The notes under the pieces: model-generated
The model's input: only the letters and a program-made list of their open reading frames with translations
Databases searched by the model: none
What the model was told of the DNA's origin: nothing
NCBI GenBank assembly: GCA_036785375.1
Contig: JAWMAR010000069.1
Coordinates: 4,712,001 to 4,776,000, forward strand
DNA length: 64,000 nt
Direction: 5' to 3'
Source of the DNA: Leucoraja ocellata
Taxonomy: Eukaryota
In this document: piece after piece, positions 52,728 to 63,764 of the stretch
Numbering within the stretch: position 1 is the first letter of the stretch
Layout: each line of letters opens with the position of its first letter
Program-made: the position numbers and the translations under genes

Positions 52728-53283
52728 TTTAGTTTAGTTCAGCAGTACAGTGTGGAAACAGGCCCTTTGGCCCACTGAGTTCACACTTTCCAAGGAAAAA
52801 TTGGAACATAAAAACAAAAAATAGGTGCAGCTGTTGGACATTTGGCCCTTCGAGCCAGCGCCGCCATTCAATTTGATCATGGCTGAACATCCCAAATCTG
52901 TACCCCATTCCTGCTTTCTCCCCATATCCCTTGATTCCGTTAGCCTTAAGAACTATATCTAACTCTCTCTTGAAAACATCCAGTGAATTAGCCTCCTCTA
53001 CCTTTACAGATTCACAACTGTCTGGGTGTAAACGTTCCACCAGCGATCCCGCACACTAGCACTCTCCTACATACTAGGCACAATTTAAAAATTTCACCAA
53101 AGCTAATTAACCTACAAACCTGTACGTCTTTGGAGTGTGGGAGGAAACTGGAACACCGGGGGAAACCCCACGCGGTCACAGGGAGGACGTACAAACTCCA
53201 TACCTACAGCACGTGTCGTATGGATCTAAGCCAGGTGTCTGACGCTGTAAGGCAGCAACTCTATCGTTACGCCACTGTGCCGT
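52728..53283 (-). mobile_element. V-SINE with nested CR1 tail (52800-53030)
   Basis: Matches to the SINE and CR1 tail consensus. Confidence 0.8.
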
Positions 53284-54380
53284 GTTTTCCCTTCTTTGTT
53301 GCTGCAAGTAAGAATTTCACTGTTCTGTTTGTCGGTACCTATGACAATTAAACACGCTGACGCTCTCGATGTGGATTCCTCAGGGAGACGTAGCTTCCTT
53401 CCACCCCAAAGACATGAGAGTTGACAAGTTAATTTATTGCTGTGAGTTGCCCCACTGCATAGGTGAATGGGAGAATCTGGTGTGCTTAATAACATGGCTT
53501 TGGGTTGGGGTAGGATTCATGCAAATGGGGGCTTGATGGTCAGTGCAGACTCACTGGGCCGAATGGCTGGTTGCCCTGTTGTACATGTCTATTAGTGAAT
53601 GATTACCTTACCAGGAAATTGGAGCAGCTAATCAAGAATTTGTTTTATTTGATAGAAGTTATTTAGTCTTCTATTATTTTGAGGTGTTATGTGCCTGTCG
53701 TAATTGTCATTCCTGAGACACTGGTAGTTTAGTTTGGTCTGGTTTAGTTTGGTTTAGTTTAGTTTATTGTCACTTGTACCAAGGTACAATGAAAAGCTTT
53801 TGTTGTGTGCTAACCAGTCAGTGGCACGACAATACATGATTATAATGGGGCCATCCACAGTGCACAGATGAATGAAAAAGGGAATAACATTCAGTGCAAG
53901 GTAAAGTTCAATTAAAGATAGTCCAAGAGTCTCCATTAAGGTAGATAGTAGCTCAGGACCATTCTTCAGTTGGTGATAGGGTGGTTGCCTGATAACACCT
54001 GGAAAGACCGTGTCCCTGAATCTGGAAGTGTGCATTTTCACACTTCTGTACTTCTTGCCGAAGGCAGCCACACAAAGCTGGAGTAAATCGGCAGATCAGG
54101 CAGCATCGCTGGAGAAAAGGAATTGGTGACGTTACGGGTCGGGACACCTTCTTTATAGAATACCAATCAAAGAGATTTCTGGGATTCTGGCCTGCACAAT
54201 CAATGTGGTCAGGGTGATGCCAGCACATAATTAACTGAGTGCACCACATTGCCAGTTTCACCACCAACTTGCATTTTATAAGGTACATTTAAAATTTTTA
54301 AATATTCACAAGATTTTTCTCACGTGCATTATCAATCAAAATTTGATGCAAAGTCACAGATTCTGGAATAGAGAGATTAT

Positions 54381-54995
54381 AGACAATAGACAACAGGTGC
54401 AGGAGTAGGCCATTCGACCCTTCGAGCCAGCACCGCCATTAACTGTGATCATGGCTGATCATCCACATTCAGTAACCCGTTCCTGCCTAATCACCATATC
54501 CCCTGACTCCAATATCTTTAAGAGCTCTATCTAGTACATAGAAACATAGAAACATAGAAATTAGGTGCAGGAGTAGGCCATTCGGCCCTTCGAGCCTGCA
54601 CCGCCATTCAATATGATCATGGCTGATCATCCAACTCAGTATCCCGTACCTGCCTTCTCTCCATACCCCCTGATCCCCTTAGCCACAAGGGCCACATCTA
54701 ACTCCCTCTTAAATATAGCCAATGAACTGGCCTCAACTACCCTCTGTGGCAGAGAGTTCCAGAGATTCACCACTCTTATCCAAAGGGCATTCACACAGAG
54801 AGTTGTGAATTTGTGGAATTGGGAATGGGAGGGGGATATGGATGCATTCAAAAGAAAGTTAGATAGAGCTCTTAGGGCTAGCGAAATCAAGGCGTATGGG
54901 GAGAAGGCAGGAACGGGGTACTGATTGTGGATGATCAGCCATGATCACATTGAATAGCGGTGTTGGCTTGAAGGGCAGTATGGCCTACTGCTGGC
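54381..54995. mobile_element. Cluster of three CR1 tails (-, -, +)
   Basis: ORFs 54613-54924 and 54636-54890 both contain RVVNLWN...YGEKAGTGY, on opposite strands. Confidence 0.85.
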
Positions 54996-56260
54996 GACTA
55001 TTGGCTGTGTATCTATGTATCTATATATGATCTAAAACTGGGTCAAGTAGTAGGTTTCAAGAAGTATTGCAACAAAGGAATTCAAATAGAATGATGAAGT
55101 GTTAAGGTTGTGTGGTTGGTTTGAAAATTTGGTGTAATTTAAGAATTCGTATTGTTGTTAGAGAGTAGTGTAATTTTCTGTCGCCACTGACATTTCGGGT
55201 TGTCATCTCTGGTTAGTTGTAGTCCTGGAGGCGGCTTCACGTGACTTGGCGGGTTTGTCCTTTAACCGCATGATCTCCCATTCTCAGCACATCTGCTCAG
55301 TTAAACAGCCTTATCCAAAGGGCATTCAACAAAAGACCTCAACGAATAAGAACGTAATCATGACTTTTGTCTGTCCACAATCTTTCCCTCAATTGCTCAA
55401 AACAATGTCCACATTAACCCTCATTTTCCAGCAACTATAGAGTGGTGCCCTGTTAGTGCTACTTTTAAGGCATGTAGGTCATGGTCCCAAGTGACCTGAT
55501 GAAGCAGGGCAAACAGTAAATCCTTTGACCAGGGCAATGCTTCTGATTGTGTCCTGCTAGTTTGATTTATTTCTGTCACTAATTCAGCTGTTCTTTCTGC
55601 AGAGTTGCCCTGTTTTCCCATGGCTACCCACCTCTGCTGTTTGCTTTCATGGTTACACTGACTCTGTTCATTTTAATTTGGCAAGTTAAAGGAGACTGGG
55701 ATTTGTTGCTAATGTGGTCTTTACCCATAGGAAGAAAAGATGCCTTTAATATTGCAAACACAAAGTGCAGATACTGTAACCTTGCAAAGAGCACAATCGA
55801 TTCAAGGATTAGTCTCACCCCGGACTCTCCCTCTTCTCCTCTCTCCCATCAGGCAAGAGGTCCAGAAGTGTGAAAACATACACCTCCAGATTCAGGGACA
55901 GTTTCTTCTCAGCTCAGGCAACTGAACCTATCACCAGATAGAGAGTGGTCCTGAGCAAACATCTATCTCTTAGACCCTTAGACTTATCTTAAATCGGACT
56001 TTACTAGAATTTATCTTGCACTAAACGTTATTCCCTTTATCATGTATCTGTGGATGGCTTGATTGTAGTCATGTATAATCTTCCACTGACTGGACAGCAC
56101 ACAACAAAAAAGTACAGCGAGAATAAGCCAAATTAAACTAACACAAAATGTTAGTTATTTTTATGTTAAAATGTATTTTGTGTATTCTGTTGCTTTTTAT
56201 TAGTATGACTGTATGGCAAATGAAAATCCTCGTACATTGCAAAACATACTTGGCTAATAT

Positions 56261-56261
<1 letters not shown>

Positions 56262-56316
<55 letters not shown>
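56262..56316 (+). repeat. (TTA)n microsatellite, probable LINE tail
   Basis: Directly visible. Confidence 0.95.
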
Positions 56317-56317
<1 letters not shown>

Positions 56318-56521
56318 TAAAAAAAATGCTGTGTAGTAACTCAGCAGGTCAGGCAGCATTTCTAGAGGACATGGATAGGTGACATTTCGGGTCCGGACTC
56401 TTCTTCAATTTTTATTGTGCTTTTGGAAATTGCAATATGTCTAAAAGCAAAGCCTAATTTCTTGTACATTTGAAGTGTAGACTTTAGTGACAGGGCAACA
56501 CAGGAGTGCAGCAGTAGAGTT

Positions 56522-57546
56522 AATAATAATACATTTTATTTAATGGGCGCCTTTCAGACATCTCAAGGACACCTTACATAGTAATCGGAATAAAAACATA
56601 TAATCGGAATAAAACAAGTAATAAAGACATCACAGAGACACAAATTAAAAACAGAATTCAATCCAAAAACAGAAAATCAAAAACACAGTGTGAAGAGAGA
56701 GCAGCGGCAGCCAAAGCGCGCCAGCGTCCACTCTCCCTTCACGGCAGCCATCTTGGACACAGACCTACAGGACTACAATTAGACAAAAGAAAAATCATCC
56801 CCCCACAGTGGATACCACTGTGGGGGAAGGCACAATGTCCAGTCCCCACCCCATGTTCACCTCAAAGTCAGGCCTATTGAGGCCACCGCAATTGCCTCTA
56901 CGGAGGCCCGATGTCCCTGGCCGTTCTCACCGGGTGGTCTTGCCCCGGCATCGGGAGAGTCCTTTCGGCAGCTGGGCCACCTGGAACGGCCGCTTCCTGG
57001 TTGGAGACTGCGGCTGCCAAAGCCGACAAGGGCGCGCCGGTTTGGAGCTCCCAGGCTCCCGATGATAAAGTCCGCGCCGCCTCTCCGCACTGCCGCCTCT
57101 CCGCACTACCGCCTCTCCGCACTACCGCCTCTCCGCTCCGCAGACCCGCAGCCCGGAGATGTTGCTCTCGGCAGTCCAGCTCACAAGAGCTCCAGCGCGT
57201 CGCTCCAGCGCGGCGACCCAGGCAGGGCATCACCCGCTCCACTCCCCTCCACTCCAGCGCTCCAACGCTGTGCCATCGCCGAGGCCGAGGTGCTGGGCGG
57301 TCCCCGCCAGGAAACAGCGCTCCAAGCCCGCTGGTAGGCCACGAGGACGGGTCGACGGGCAGCCCGGAGAAAAGGCTGCCACACCGACCAGGTAGGGACC
57401 TAGAAATAAAGTTACACCTACCCCCCACATTAAAAAGACCATATTCCCTACAAACAAAAAACAGGACTCACTAAAAACTATTAAAAAAAGAATTTAAAAC
57501 GGACGGCTGCTAGCTAGCAGCCGTTCACCAAGATGGCTCCTCCCCC
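56522..57546 (-). mobile_element. Apparently full-length CpG-rich non-autonomous L2-tailed retroposon, family B
   Basis: 3' end AGGTGTCCTTGAGATGTCTGAAAGGCGCCCATTAAATAAAATG(TAT)n; 5' end GGGGGAGGAGCCATCTTGG; TSD AGAGTT(AA). Confidence 0.78.
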
Positions 57547-57745
57547 AGAGTTAACGCCTTACAGCACCAGAGACCCTGGTTCGATCCTGTGTACGGATGC
57601 TGTCTATATGGAGTTTGTTCGTTCTCCCTGTGACCATGTGGGATTTCTCACAGGTGCCCCGGTTACCTCTACACGCCAAAGACGTACAGGTTTATAGGTT
57701 AATTGGTTTTGGTAAAATTGTAAATAGTCCATAGGGTGCAGGATA

Positions 57746-58112
57746 ATAAGTAAGTAAGTAAATACGTTTTATTTATATAGCACGTTTTAAGTCAACTCAC
57801 ATTAACACCAAAGTGCTTTACATAAAATAGATAATAAGTTTCCATACAAACCAGAGAAAAAGGTTAAAAAAATAAAGAAAATGGACACAACACATTATAG
57901 AGTTCAACACACACGTCCCCCCACAGCAGAATCAAAACTTTCCACTGTGGGGGAAAGGCACCAGAAAGTTAAATCCTCTTCCTCTGTGAAACACCCGAGG
58001 TTGGGGCCCATTTGTGGCCGTGCAGCCAGACCGATGATTTTCAGGGCCCTCTTGCCGTGAAGATGGAACACCGGCGTCGGGTGAAACATTGCTCAGCAGC
58101 TTGGAAAGTCTG
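57746..58112 (-). mobile_element. Non-autonomous L2-tailed retroposon, family A
   Basis: Reverse-complement homologue of 2320-2697 with a (TTAC)n tail. Confidence 0.8.
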
Positions 58113-58883
58113 GAGCGGCTGGTGTATGGGGTGAACACTGGTCGGCACGGACTCTGTGGGCCAAAGGAACCTGTTTCTGCAATGTATCTCTAAAGTCAAA
58201 ACCTTTCTGAAATGTAATTTGCATTTAGAGATACATTGTAGCTTGTAGCTATGCACTATTTGTCTTAAATCAGCATAATGTGTTGTGGGTCTATAGTGTG
58301 CGTAACATTGAGTACACAGTGATTTAAGCGAGAGAATTCAGAAAGCAGAGGAGAGTAAGTTTCAGCTAAGTGTTCCTGCCATTGATAAGTAGCATTGATT
58401 GTACCTGTAGCCCTTATATTTTTTTATTGAATGAAGGCCCCACTTGTTTATATTCTGTAAAATATACAGTGTCCATCACAGGAGCGCATCTGGTAGAGCT
58501 GCTGTGTCACAGCTCCAGAGACCAGTGTCCACTCATGACCTATCTGTGCAGAGTTGTCACGTTCGTCCTCTAGCCATTGTCTCTGGATACTCCGGTTTCC
58601 TCCCACATCAAGACTTGTGGGTTCATGGGTAAATTGGCCTCTGTGAATTGCCCCTCAAGTGTAGGGAGAGGATGCGAAACTGGGATAACATTGCATTTGC
58701 ATGAATGGGTTAGCGTGGACTTGGTGGGCCGAAGGGCTGTTTGCATTCTGTATCTCTAAATAAAAAGCCATTAATAGGCAGGAACTGCAGATACTGGAAT
58801 CTTAAATAAAACACAAAGTGCTGGAGTAACTCGGTGGACCATCTAATATCGAGACTGAATGGCATACAGAAGACAAAGGAATG

Positions 58884-59192
58884 GGTGGCATGGTGGTGCA
58901 GCGGTAGTGTTGCTGCCTTACAGTCGGAGATCTGGATTCGATCCTGACTACGGGCGCTGTCTGTACGGAGTTTGTACGTTTCCCCCGTGACCACGTGGGT
59001 TTTTCTCCAATATTTTCAGTTCCCTCCCATGCTCCAAAGACGTACAGGTTTGTAGATCAATTGGCTTGGTATAATTGTTAATTGTCCCTAGTGTGGGTAG
59101 GATAGTGTTAATGTGCGGGGGTCGCTGGTCGGTGTGGACTCGGTGGGCCGAAGGGCCCTTTTCTATGCTGGATCTCTAAACTAAACCAAACT
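58884..59192 (+). mobile_element. V-SINE
   Basis: Match to the SINE consensus. Confidence 0.9.
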
Positions 59193-59274
59193 ATGGTGGA
59201 GGAATACAAGAGCATGATGTGATTAGATCTATTTGTGTGTTATTGTGTTAATGCCAGTGGCCATGAGCAGACAG

Positions 59275-59338
59275 AATTATTATTTTACATCGTGGAAGAA
59301 TAAAACACTGAGGGCAACTAATTGGTCCTTGTAATTTT
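59275..59338 (+). repeat. 64-bp direct repeat, copy 1
   Basis: Identical to 61523-61586. Confidence 0.95.
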
Positions 59339-61524
59339 ATTAGCTCTATATGCTGGTAGGAACCAGACCCACCTACCTCCATGGTTATTGGCGGGGTTGT
59401 GATTTTTTCTTTTTGAGTGTTCTTTCCTGTCGACGTGCTGGCGATGTTGGGGGGAGGCGCATTTTCCAGGGGGTCCGCTGCAGGCCCTGACCTAAAAAAG
59501 GTCTCTGGGGATAGTGCGGCCCACAGCTTTGACCAGTCGGATGTTCGGGCCGCCGACTGGTAGATACAGTGGTGTGCTGCCGCCTGGGTGGAATGAAGAG
59601 CTTTGGTATGTTCACTGCCGGTGGTGCCCTCATGAGGCTAAAGGTCTTGGACGCCTCCTCCATCTCTTTGAGCTGTTTGTTCAAGTCCTTCCCAAATAAG
59701 AATGAGTCGGTCTCTACTGATGGAGTTTTGCATAATCCTGCAAATTTAGGATTGAGGGCCGGCCTGATGTTGTCTCTTCTCAGGTTATTCAGCTCATATT
59801 GTGTCGTGCACATGAGTGCCAGGACATCCTGTTGGTGAGATGTCATATCTACGGTCTCGACACCCCGCGCATAGGCTGTTATAGCCGCCGTGAGGAGGCG
59901 AAGTATGCGCTGGAGTTTGACCTCCTGTGTCCGAATCGGTCGCCCCACGTTGCCCCATATTTGAGGATTGAGGCTCTTGACCTTGAGAGCCTCACAATTA
60001 TCCGGGGCTGTGTGCTCCTCAAGCACTTGGGCGAGCACCTTCTCCTGCAGTGGTTTGTTGGAGAGATGGTTTATGCTGGCAGCCATCCTTGGCTCCAGTG
60101 GTGCTCCAACCCGTGGGGTAGTGACGAATCGGCTTACGACCCCCAGCAGCTCTTCCTGCACACCCTGCTCTCTTTCGGCTCCTTCCGCCTGCCCCATACT
60201 CAGACCAGCCTGCTCCTGGTCACCGATGCTAACCTCCCATTCCTGGTCCGAGGTCGCAAAGGGAGGTGCCGGACTCAGCACCATGGAGGGGGCGCCTGTC
60301 CTGTCTGTCCGAGAGCGCTGCTGCTCTTGGTAGACCATCCCCTCCAATAGCTGCTGGATGCAGCTTAGGCGGCTGTCTCTCCCCCGCTTTGGGGTGGACA
60401 TTTCCCCTCCCTCCGACGAATCGGAGACGACCGGCCGTTTGGCTTCCTAGCCCCTTTCCTAGTCCGCCGTGTAGGCTATGGCGAGACTGGCTTGGCTCGG
60501 TCTCAGGGATAGCGAAAACCGCTCTACGAGCGACGCTGCCGCCGGTTGCTGCCCTGCTGGTAGAGTTGGAGCGGGGCAGTTCCTCTTTGCGAGTTCTGCG
60601 TTGTGTTCCTGAACTCTGTAATAAAACACAACTGCAAACTCACCTTTCCAATGCCCAAGAGTCGTTCCTGCAGCTCAGGCAGCTGTCTCTCCCCCTCCTG
60701 GGTGGAGAGACTTCCCAGTCCAATGCCGTTCCACTGCCGGGTTTTCCACACATCCAGCCCGCTCCCTTTTGCCGTTGACGTGGTCAGGGCTAGCGGGCTG
60801 GCTCGGTCCCGATGTCGGGTTTGCGGACCGCCCAGCTAAGCGGTCCTACCGCCTGTTGCTGCCCTGACTCTTTCTTGAGCGGGCAGGTGCAGCATATTTC
60901 CCACCTCAGCCCGCAGCTGATGCTGGCGGGCTTGGTGCAGAGTCGGGAGCGGGCCGCTGATTAGCGGACCTCGCTCTCCCTGTACTCGGGCTGCTGCTCA
61001 CCTGCACTCGGGCTGCAGCGTACTCCATGCCAGCTCTGCACAGTGGGTTCCCCTAACGGCTCCGTAAATGTCGGAAGCCTCCTCCCGCCCGCCTGCCTGC
61101 CTGCCTCACCTGGACAGTGCGTGAAGAGCGAGCGAGGACTAAGGGGAACCCCCAACGGAGCGCTAGCGCCGTCTTCCAGCTGTCAACTGTAGCCCCTGGG
61201 GAGATTTTCTCGGCACCGGCACAGGTCCCATTCATGGTCCGCCGGCGCTCTGTCTCCCTGGTAGCGTCTTTCCTCCCCTCCCTCGAACGGGAAACTCCTG
61301 CCAGAGTCCAAGGGGGCCGCTTGCACGTCCCTGCGGGAAAAAACAAGCAGACGCAAAGGGGCTGTAAAAGTAAAGGTAAGTATTTACCTAAACTTAGATT
61401 CTCTCTCGTTTCTTCGGGAGCCCTGACTCCCGGCTGCCGCTTTGCATGCCGAAACGTAATCATGTCGCAACGCGTCCTGGGATGGGCTTCTTCACGGAAT
61501 CACTCACGTGACTCTGAAGTGAAA
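59339..61524 (-). mobile_element. DIRS1-type tyrosine-recombinase retrotransposon, 5' part only
   Basis: CpG-rich, with a gag-like ORF. The minus strand starts TTTCACTTCAGAGTCACGTGAGTG (putative left terminus). No RT, RNase H or YR is present. Confidence 0.75.
59385..60401 (-). CDS. DIRS1-like ORF1 (gag, LAP2alpha-like domain), 338 aa
   Basis: Longest ORF in the window. Motifs P.NCEALKVKSLNPQIW, KLQRIL, LNNLRRDNIRPALN and FLFGKDL are typical of DIRS ORF1; basic Pro/Arg-rich tail. Confidence 0.75.
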   Translation of the reverse strand: MSTPKRGRDSRLSCIQQLLEGMVYQEQQRSRTDRTGAPSMVLSPAPPFATSDQEWEVSIGDQEQAGLSMGQAEGAEREQGVQEELLGVVSRFVTTPRVGAPLEPRMAASINHLSNKPLQEKVLAQVLEEHTAPDNCEALKVKSLNPQIWGNVGRPIRTQEVKLQRILRLLTAAITAYARGVETVDMTSHQQDVLALMCTTQYELNNLRRDNIRPALNPKFAGLCKTPSVETDSFLFGKDLNKQLKEMEEASKTFSLMRAPPAVNIPKLFIPPRRQHTTVSTSRRPEHPTGQSCGPHYPQRPFLGQGLQRTPWKMRLPPTSPARRQERTLKKKKSQPRQ

Positions 61525-61586
61525 TTATTATTTTACATCGTGGAAGAATAAAACACTGAGGGCAACTAATTGGTCCTTGTAATTTT
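61523..61586 (+). repeat. 64-bp direct repeat, copy 2
   Basis: Identical to 59275-59338. Confidence 0.95.
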
Positions 61587-62079
61587 CTAACCTCCATACA
61601 TTTCCGTACTTCGCTTGTAGAAGATTGGATGACTACTGCTATGATTTATAGAAGGCTGCACCAAAGGTGGTTTCCAGACCAACAAATGCAGTGTCAATCC
61701 AAATTTAGCGCTGTGCCTTTGGGACATGTTTTTTTTGTCAGCTGAATGTGTAATATTTATGAAAACCCGCCACCGTGCATTGTATCTCTGAGTCAGTCTA
61801 TTGACAAATGTGTACCTGGAGGAATTCTTGGCAGCCCTGAGCTTCAAGGATCTTTATAAATGCGCTTGTGGGTATTGTTGGACGTTAAACAGCTGAAACT
61901 TCACATTTATGAATCCAAAGCCCCAGTAAGTCGTCTCATGTTTGTCCAGGTGGACATGTCCCGCTTACTGGAGCAGTAGTTGACATTGGATCTGTAGGAA
62001 GGGGGAGGTGGAGTCCCTGTTTCCAGCGACAATTAATCTGCTTGTAATTAATCTGCTCGGATCAAACGAAGAATTTTTG

Positions 62080-62390
62080 ATTTTAGTTTAGTTTCGAGAT
62101 ACAGCGGGGAAACAGGCCCTTCGTTCCACCGAGTCCACACCGACCAACGATCCCCGCACCCTAACACTATCCTACACACATTAGGGACAATTTACTAATT
62201 ACTGAAGCCAATTAACCTACAAACCTGTACGTCTCTGGAGTGTGGGAGGAAACCAGAGCCTCCGGGGAAAACCCACAAGGTCACGGGGAGAACATACAAC
62301 CTCCATACAGACAGCACCCGTATTCAGGATTGGATCTGGGTCTCTGGCGCTGTATGGCAGCAACTCTACCGCTGCACTACCGTGCCACCC
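62080..62390 (-). mobile_element. V-SINE
   Basis: Match to the SINE consensus. Confidence 0.9.
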
Positions 62391-62879
62391 ATTGTTCTAT
62401 ATGTTCTCCTTAGTTTTCATCAGAAGGTTGACTTGGCCCCAAATATCCATTGCCAAGTGCACATTCTTGGAATTGCCTCAACCCTGTTTAAACACTTAGC
62501 TTGACTTTGGCTTCCATGATATATGGACTGAAGTGAGGGACATCCCTCCAACAATGTCTTCTGTATGATAAAGCACAGGACCCGTCCCAGAGCGTTATAC
62601 AGGTCCCAGTGTAATGCTTGCACTACAGAAGCTAATCAGTCCAATGTGTCTGTTGTCATTGCTGATTAACTGGACTCTGACAGCTTGCATTTGTCTTCCA
62701 GGCACACTTTATTTACTTGAGCACAAGGAGAGCAGCATATCCCAGTTACGGTACTAATCTGAAATTATACCCGAAAGCCAGCTATTATACAGGTTTTGCT
62801 CCTTGAAATCATGCATCTTCTCAAATTTCTTATCACCAATTCCAATACAGTCTTGAATACACTAATATCTAATAAAACT

Positions 62880-63325
62880 GGTGCAACTCAGCGGGTCAGA
62901 CAACATCACTGGAGAAAAGGAATAGGTGACGTTTCGGGTCGAGACCCTTCTTCAGACTGAGTGTCAGGGGAAAGGGAAACGAGAGACTTAGATGGTGATG
63001 CAGGGAGATATACTAGAACAATTAAATGAAAGATATGTAAAAAAGTAATGATGATAAAGGAAACAGGTCATTGTTAGCTGTTTGCTGGGTGAGACGAGTA
63101 CAGACAATGAGACTCAACAAGACAACGTTGAAGCTGGTGCGACATGGGTGAGGGAGGGATGTGGAGAGAAGGAATGCAGGGGTTCATTAAAGTTAGAGAA
63201 ATCAATATTCATACAACTGGGCTGTAAACGGCCCAAGCGAAATATGAGATGCTGTTCCTCCAATTTGCGTTTAGCCTCACTCTGACAATGGAGGAGGCTC
63301 AGGACAGAAAAGTCAGTGTGGGAAT
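62880..63325 (-). mobile_element. Penelope-like element 3' end (GIY-YIG C-terminus and 3' UTR/pLTR)
   Basis: HTDFSVLSLLHCQSEAKRKLEEQHLIFRLGRLQPSCMNIDFSNF followed by the hammerhead repeat. Confidence 0.85.
62925..62958 (-). ncRNA. Minimal type I hammerhead ribozyme motif, intact core
   Basis: CUGAAGA-A-GGGUC-UC-GACCC-GAAA-CGUC; predicted cleavage after the GUC at 62928. Confidence 0.7.
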
Positions 63326-63764
63326 GTTTCAGTTTAGTAAGGATGACCACCAAGAACGTTATGCTCTAGGTTATAGCCAGCTGTACGTCAAAGGATGTAC
63401 TAAGGTCCTTGTGCTGTACAGCTATCATAACCTTTGTTGTACACTATTGCATTTTCCACACTGTGTGGTTCGTATTTTACAATTGTGTCGTCTTCCTAAT
63501 TTAGAAACATGTTGAATGCTGCTTTCTTAGAACATCATTGGAAGCACTTTGCTCATGAGCTGTGTGTGCACTGGGTGTTGTGGCGTTCATTCTATAGAAT
63601 TCTTGCTAGAGCGGGAGTTACCTCTTTATACCTGATTATAATGACATTACTCTTACATTAGAAACATTATGTCATGATTTTCTGGACCCAGTCCAATAAT
63701 GCTTTGAACATAGTCACAAAATGTCAACAAGGCGGGACCGGCAGCATCTCTGGAGAGAAAGAAC

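Larger units (their letters stand above)
56492..58200 (+). mobile_element. V-SINE split by two antisense L2-tailed insertions
   Basis: SINE pieces at 56492-56521, 57547-57745 and 58119-58200. Confidence 0.8.

Noticed and set aside
56808-57474. Long GC-rich ORFs (187 and 176 aa)
   Set aside because: They are open on both strands because of high GC within a non-coding retroposon, and show no protein motifs.
59799-60778. Plus-strand ORFs over the DIRS region
   Set aside because: Antisense shadows of the GC-rich gag ORF.
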